Program-made: the position numbers and the translations under genes
Origin: Octopus vulgaris
Taxonomy: Eukaryota
Assembly: GCA_951406725.2 (NCBI GenBank)
Contig: OX597814.1
Location: 71,114,001-71,178,000 of the forward strand
Length of the DNA: 64,000 bases
Direction of reading: 5' to 3'
Notes under the pieces: model-generated
Databases searched by the model: none
What the model saw: the letters and a program-made list of their open reading frames with translations, nothing else
What the model was told of the DNA's origin: nothing
Part shown: positions 57,249 to 64,000 of the stretch, one piece after another
Numbering within the stretch: position 1 is the stretch's first letter
Layout of the letters: each line of letters opens with the position of its first letter

Positions 57249-58031
57249 CAATTCCTGCACTCGGGCTATTCGGGCTTAATCCGAGTATAAAATTTAGTAA
57301 AGTGAACGTGTATTTGCAAGCTGATTTCATTTCTACCAACACTGACTTGTAGTATGTAATTTCAACCAATAACTCGGGCTCCTTTTATTGAGTCTGGTCG
57401 CAGTTCAGCGTCTGGCGGTCGTCTTAGTGGTGCCGTGTCAAAAAGTATCATTCGTAGCACACATGCGCCTGACTCAAACTCAGACGTTACAGCCCGAGTT
57501 GTTATCTATGACCGTAAGATTTAAAAGTAATTCAAATTCAATGTTTTCTTGAAACAATAAATTTCTATAGAGATTAGGATTTAAATTCCAATCTATGAAA
57601 AGTTTCTGTTCTAAAATATTCTTAAACGAACGAAAAATTACCCAGCAACTCGGGTTACGTACGAACCTGGTAGGTATAAAAGACTAACTGGCATTTCTTG
57701 TCAAGAGTACAAGCGACAGTCAGATCGCTGATGTTTGTTGTGCACTCCGCTGTCGTTATTTGTCATTATTTGCCGTTATTCTGTGCATCTGTATGTAAAG
57801 AGCAGTTGTGTTTTGCAGGGTTATTTTTTTTAAATCCTTAACTTAGAAATGGAGAAAGACATAGTGCTAGATATACAAAATAAGGCATTTGGGGCTAGAA
57901 ATAAAGCGGAAAAACGTGAAATTTTTCGAGTGTCTTATGCGAAATCTGTGATGAGCCCGAGTGACGCTGATGACTGGAGTCGCCTCTGATATACAAACAT
58001 ACATACATACATACATACATACATACATACA

Positions 58032-58102
<71 letters not shown>

Positions 58103-58239
58103 TGTAATTAAATTAATAACAGGGTACAATTTATCAATTAAGTTAATTAATTAATCAATCAATTAATTAATAATTTTATCAAGTAGATCGGTACGTTAAA
58201 GTAACCTTTATAGGTAAAATCATACAAATATTTTAAATC

Positions 58240-58935
58240 ATAAACATAATTATAATTAGGGTTCAGCTAATTTCTTCACCACATACCGAATTTAGAAATA
58301 ACAGTTAAAAATTTATTTTCTACTACTGTAAAAATCTCCATGAATGTAACATACTTTTTTACGTAGGCAAAAAGAAAAACAACGAATCAACTCCATCAGG
58401 ATTAACTACATATGCGTTTCGAGACTAAAGTGTTCAAAAATTTACTTACCTGTCACTTCAGTGCAGTATTTCCAATTATAAAATTTGTTTACCCTTTCAT
58501 TATTAATTTGATTAAAAATTATAATTTACTCCATGATAGAATACTGCATTTTTTTCTGCGGTGTTGCTCGTGGCATACACGTGGGTATAGGGGATAAATA
58601 GTGTATTCACATTCGGCAGTGAAAATTTTGGCAGTGTTGGTTGGATATCTGTTACTTGATGTCGCTCGATCGTGTGCATATTTAACCCTAGCACTTTCAA
58701 ATTTTATAATTGGAAATACTACACTGAAGTGAAACACTTTAATCACGAAACGCGTATGTAGTTAATCCTGGTTGTGTTGATTCGTTGTTTTTCTCTTTGC
58801 CTACGTAAAAAAAAGTATGTCACTGTCATGGTGAAAAGTGTAAAAGGAATTTTTAACTCCTATTTCTAAATTCGATATGTGGGGAAGCAATTAGCTGAAC
58901 CTTAATTATAATAATGTTTATAATTATATAATTTA

Positions 58936-59023
<88 letters not shown>

Positions 59024-59112
59024 TAAACATAATTATAATTAAGGTTCAGCTAATTGCTTCCCCACATACCGAATTTAGAAATAGGAGTTAAAAATTCCTT
59101 TTACACTTTTCA

Positions 59113-59116
<4 letters not shown>
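58240..59116. repeat. Three-part inverted repeat family with degenerate minimal HHR (58718-58762 +)
   Basis: 58240-58490 is inverted relative to 58700-58915; 58828-58940 is inverted relative to 59014-59116 around (TA)n; motif ACUACA CUGAAGUGA...UCAC GAA ACGCGU A UGUAGU. Confidence 0.8.
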
Positions 59117-59158
<42 letters not shown>

Positions 59159-59266
59159 TCTGCTCGCTTAGCCAGCGGGGTGGCGTCATTTGAAGGCTAA
59201 AACAATGCGAACGCATTGTGACCAGCGGTGTGTAACAACATCTGATGTTCTGGTCGGTCTCGTGAT

Positions 59267-59301
<35 letters not shown>

Positions 59302-59305
<4 letters not shown>

Positions 59306-59720
59306 TAAAAACGGACAATCAACAAAAGAAAGAAAGAGACCTCAATATTATGTAAATAGAGGAAATTTATCTGTAAAATAAAATGTGACAATTATTCAAT
59401 AGCCAAGATAAAACTCTGAGTTTCGGATGCCGAGGTGGAAATCCACAACACCATCCATCTCTTCGGTTATCTGGCCATCTCTGTTAGAGTCCTCAACCGA
59501 TGTTTGGCGATTATCCAAAAAAGCCGTACTAGCTCTTAATGAAGAATAGCGTCGTTCGGGAGGTAATTTATTGTAAAAACGGTAAGATAACAAAAGAAAG
59601 AAAGAGACCTCAATATTATGTAAATAGAGAAAATGCATCTGTAAAATAATATGTGACAATTATTCAATATCTGGCCAAAGATGGCCAGATAACCGAAGAG
59701 ATGGCGTTGTGGATTTCCCA
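59302..59720. mobile_element. About 270-bp HHR unit with direct partial repeat and inverted stub; HHR at 59406-59472 (-)
   Basis: GTAAAAACGG occurs at 59304 and 59574; AGAUAA CCGAAGA GAUG...CAUC c GAA ACUCAGAGU U UUAUCU; 59679-59720 is the inverted stub. Confidence 0.75.
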
Positions 59721-60019
59721 AATCTCTAGAATTTGGGAACTGATAAACAATCAACGATTTTAAGTCCCCAAAAATCCCAAAATGAAGGAGCGACACAGAT
59801 TTATCACCATCTCATTCATACCTTCCGGCATTTTAGTAATACTTAAAATTCCTAATTCATATATTCTCTTCTCCAAATCAACAACAAAAAGGACACACGC
59901 GTCATTCTAAGAACCACTGATTTCAGCCATCCATTTATATACAAAATATTAAAAATCTCATTAAAAAACAACACAAAGCTCTGTCAGGTAGCCAAGCCTG
60001 TCTTGTAAATATATATATA

Positions 60020-60321
60020 TCGCCGTCACCGACCAGGCTATCAGATGTTGCTACACATCGCTGGTTACAATGCGCTTCGCATTGTTTTAGCCTTCAAATG
60101 AAGCCACCCCGCTGGCTAAGCGAGCAGGCCAACAGAAGAAAGAGTTAGAGAAAGCTGTGGCGTAAGAGTACAGCAGGGATCGCTACCACCCCATGCCGGA
60201 GACTCGTGGAGCTTTTAGGTGTTTTCGCTCAATAAACATTCACAACGCTCGGTCTGGGAATCGAAACCGCGATCCTACGATCGCGAGTCTGCTACCCTAA
60301 CCACTGGGCCATTGCGCCTCC

Positions 60322-60323
<2 letters not shown>
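60020..60323 (-). mobile_element. tRNA-derived SINE family C in (TA)n (3' fragment also at 59157-59270 +)
   Basis: GGAGGCGCAATGGCCCAGTGGTTAGG...GGTTTCGATTCCC head; ends in (AT)n. Confidence 0.85.
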
Positions 60324-60356
<33 letters not shown>

Positions 60357-60360
60357 TTGA

Positions 60361-60402
<42 letters not shown>

Positions 60403-60408
<6 letters not shown>

Positions 60409-62937
60409 TCAATATAGGGTGGCAAAAAAAATTTTTTGTAGAATTCTTTTGCCACCAGCGGCCTAGTGGGAAAAAATTAAATAGTCATAAACTATTTTTA
60501 AGTTCAACATCAACAATCAAGGAACGGCCATAATAGGCCATTCACCCACTAGAAATAACAGCCAAAAGCTTTAACCGCAAAATAACGTTAATTCCGTAAA
60601 CCAGGAGAAAATTGAAAAACATTTACCCTGTAATTTCTTAGACGATGCACCGTTTCATCTTCTGTTTAATGGAAAACTAACCTGATTAAATTAAATCAAG
60701 CCAATCCACCATAGGCCCTTAGAATCATCAGTAAGAAATAGCCAAGCCGAACAGATATTTTTCACGAGGCATTCTCGTTGCTACCTCGTCAATATCTGAC
60801 CTAAAATTTTCAAATCGTCGCACTCGCGCCAAATTTATCGGCAGCAAATAAATATAAGCCGCCGATTCCATTACGGAATTAACCAGAAAATTCATAATTA
60901 ATCAATATAGGGTGGCAAAAAAAATTTTGTAGAATTCTTTTGCCACCAGCGGCCTAGTGGGAAAAAATTAAATAGTCATAAACTATTTTTAAGTTCAACA
61001 TCAACAATCAAGGAACGGCCATAATAGGCCATTCACCCACTAGAAATAACAGCCAAAAGCTTTAACCGCAAAATAACGTTAATTCCGTAAGCCAGGAGAA
61101 AATTGAAAAACATTTACCCTGTAATTTCTTAGACGATGCACCGTTTCATCTTCTGTTTAATGGAAAACTAACCTGATTAAATTAAATCAAGCCAATCCAC
61201 CATAGGCCCTTAGAATCATCAGTAAGAAATAGCCAAGCCGGAACAGATATTTTTCACGAGGCATTCTCGTTGCTACCTCGTCAATATCTGACCTAAAATT
61301 TTCAAATCGTCGCACTCGCGCCAAATTTATCGGCAGCAAATAAATATAAGCCGCCGATTCCATTACGGAATTAACCAGAAAATTCATAATTAATCAATAT
61401 AGGGTGGCAAAAAAAAATTTTATAGAATTCTTTTGCCACCAGCGGCCTAGTGGGAAAAAATTAAATAGTCATAAACTATTTTTAAGTTCAACATCAACAA
61501 TCAAGGAACGGCCATAATAGGCCATTCACCCACTAGAAATAACAGCCAAAAGCTTTAACCGCAAAATAACGTTAATTCCGTAAACCAGGAGAAAATTGAA
61601 AAACATTTACCCTGTAATTTCTTAGACGATGCACCGTTTCATCTTCTGTTTAATGGAAAATTAACCTGATTAAATTAAATCAAGCCAATCCACCATAGGC
61701 CCTTAGAATCATCAGTAAGAAATAGCCAAGCCGGAACAGATATTTTTCACGAGGCATTCTCGTTGCTACCTCGTCAATATCTGACCTAAAATTTTCAAAT
61801 CGTCGCACTCGCGCCAAATTTATCGGCAGCAAATAAATATAAGCCGCCGATTCCATTACGGAATTAACCAGAAAATTCATAATTAATCAATATAGGGTGG
61901 CAAAAAAAATTTCGTAGAATTCTTTTGCCACCAGCGGCCTAGTGGGAAAAAATTAAATAGTCATAAACTATTTTTAAGTTCAACATCAACAATCAAGGAA
62001 CGGCCATAATAGGCCATTCACCCACTAGAAATAACAGCCAAAAGCTTTAACCGCAAAATAACGTTAATTCCGTAAACCAGGAGAAAATTGAAAAGACATT
62101 TACCCTGTAATTTCTTAGACGATGCACCGTTTCGACGATTTGAAAATTTTAGGTCAGATATTGACGAGGTAGCAACGAGAATGCCTCGTGAAAAATATCT
62201 GTTCCGGCTTGGCTATTTCTTACTGATGATTCTAAGGGCCTATGGTGGATTGGCTTGATTTAATTTAATCAGGTTAGTTTTCCATTAAACAGAAGATGAA
62301 ACGGTGCATCGTCTAAGAAATTACAGGGTAAATGTTTTTCAATTTTCTCCTGGTTTACGGAATTAACGTTATTTTGCGGTTAAAGCTTTTGGCTGTTATT
62401 TCTAGTGGGTGAATGGCCTATTATGGCCGTTCCTTGATTGTTGATGTTGAACTTAAAAATAGTTTATGACTATTTAATTTTTTCCCACTAGGCCGCTGGT
62501 GGCAAAAGAATTCTATAAAATTTTTTTTGCCACCCTATATTGATTAATTATGAATTTTCTGGTTAATTCCGTAATGGAATCGGCGGCTTATATTTATTTG
62601 CTGCCGATAAATTTGGCGCGAGTGCGACGATTTGAAAATTTTAGGTCAGATATTGACGAGGTAGCAACGAGAATGCCTCGTGAAAAATATCTGTTCCGGC
62701 TTGGCTATTTCTTACTGATGATTCTAAGGGCCTATGGTGGATTGGCTTGATTTAATTTAATCAGGTTAGTTTTCCATTAAACAGAAGATGAAACGGTGCA
62801 TCGTCTAAGAAATTACAGGGTAAATGTTTTTCAATTTTCTCCTGGTTTACGGAATTAACGTTATTTTGCGGTTAAAGCTTTTGGCTGTTATTTCTAGTGG
62901 GTGAATGGCCTATTATGGCCGTTCCTTGATTGTTGAT
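60403..62937. mobile_element. Retrozyme-like 491-493 bp HHR tandem array with internal inversion, in (TA)n
   Basis: About 3.5 direct and 1.6 inverted near-identical units with the junction at about 62133; HHRs at 60633-60739, 61124-61230 and 61617-61723 (-), and at 62215-62321 and 62707-62813 (+). Confidence 0.9.
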
Positions 62938-63230
62938 ATATATATATATATATATATAACTTACTTGGAAGAAACGAAACGAAACGACGCGAGGGCGCTC
63001 AGTCATACAAATTTAATAAATAAAATATATGCATGCATACATACATATATGTACGTACCTACATCTACATGTATATATACATGCATATATAAATATATAT
63101 ACGTGAGTACAGGACACCACAAATCGACGTAGAACTCAACGAGAAACGAAAACGTAAAAACAAACATGGAAACGGACCTTTTTTTAACAACGAAAAAACA
63201 GAGTACAAGACAAACAACACAAGGAAAATT

Positions 63231-63306
63231 CCCTTTCATCAGCTGTCCCTAGTTCGACTCCATACGTGTTTCGAAGGTGAGGACAGAACACGACTCGTCA
63301 AACTAG
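63231..63306 (-). ncRNA. Non-circularly permuted hammerhead candidate, copy 2
   Basis: CUAGUUUGAC gagu CGUGU-U-CUGUCC uca CCUU-C GAA-ACACG uaugga GUCGAACUAG GGACAG CUGAUGA A-AGGG. Confidence 0.72.
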
Positions 63307-63593
63307 CCCTTCCTGCGAAAGAATTAAATAAAATTCCTTTGCAGAGGGGTAAAAACAAGGAAAGAAAAAAATATGACAAAAACAGTACGTAAAATCGATA
63401 CAAATAAAATTACAAAATAAAATACAAAATAAAAATACAATTACAAAAAAATACAGTACAAGAAATAAAAACAAACAAGAAAACAAACAATGAGGGCCTT
63501 TTTTGGCCTAGACGAGGAAAGATTTTTTAAGAGCGCAGGAAAAAAGCGTGTTCACTTGTAGGAGGCCGCAACATTTATTAAATATATATTTAT

Positions 63594-63701
<108 letters not shown>

Positions 63702-63770
63702 TTACATTTCTAAATTTCTCAGAGAGAGTTATGCAGTAACAGCACGATAAAGTAATGGCTTGTTACCAAT

Positions 63771-63917
63771 TTAATGTGGCAGTCCCAGGAAAGGAAAGAA
63801 AGTTACTGTTATTTAGCCCCAAGAAACACCGCTTGTGTCGTGTAGCCAACTAGAAACGGTGTTTCTTGGAGCTAAATAACAGTAACATTGTTCCTTTTCC
63901 TGGGACTGCCACATTAA
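63771..63917. repeat. Fold-back inverted repeat, about 62-bp arms
   Basis: TTAATGTGGCAGTCCCAGGAAAGG...AGAAACACCG / CGGTGTTTCT...CCTGGGACTGCCACATTAA. Confidence 0.9.
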
Positions 63918-64000
63918 GTTATATATATTATATATATATAACTGTTATTATTATCATTCTCTCCTTGTTTCTTTCTGTGTCCCTTTCTGTAGAAGAGCGT

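Noticed and set aside
60255-60323. tRNA gene
   Set aside because: The tRNA-like head continues into a repeated SINE body with no proper acceptor stem or terminator.
61187-62750. Repeated 66-aa ORF MNFLVNSVMES...
   Set aside because: No recognisable domain; it overlaps the ribozyme, one unit has a frameshift, and identity only reflects recent duplication.
60403-62937. CRISPR-like or rDNA-like array
   Set aside because: No unique spacers and no rRNA motifs; the units are wholly repeated.

Overview
AT-rich eukaryotic, repeat-dominated DNA with no recognisable host exon. The SINE families and microsatellite load resemble an octopus/cephalopod genome (inference). Contents: decayed or nested transposons (Gypsy pol plus a probable LTR; HERO-type, RTEX-type, R4/Dong-type, CR1-type and Tx1-type LINEs; several Penelope-like GIY-YIG fragments; three hAT-type and two mariner remnants), tRNA-derived SINEs and long microsatellites. 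The main hidden layer is RNA: about 20 hammerhead-ribozyme (HHR) motifs from roughly a dozen unrelated repeat families, all folded by eye. Three have a non-circularly permuted, pseudoknotted strand order: one in the HERO LINE 3' UTR and two in a non-coding repeat whose copies covary. Several others mark 270-493 bp non-coding retrozyme-like units, inserted as tandem plus inverted concatemers, mostly in (TA)n; one array has a 12-bp target-site duplication. Four families share a CCGANGA core variant. No activity is shown and element boundaries are approximate.
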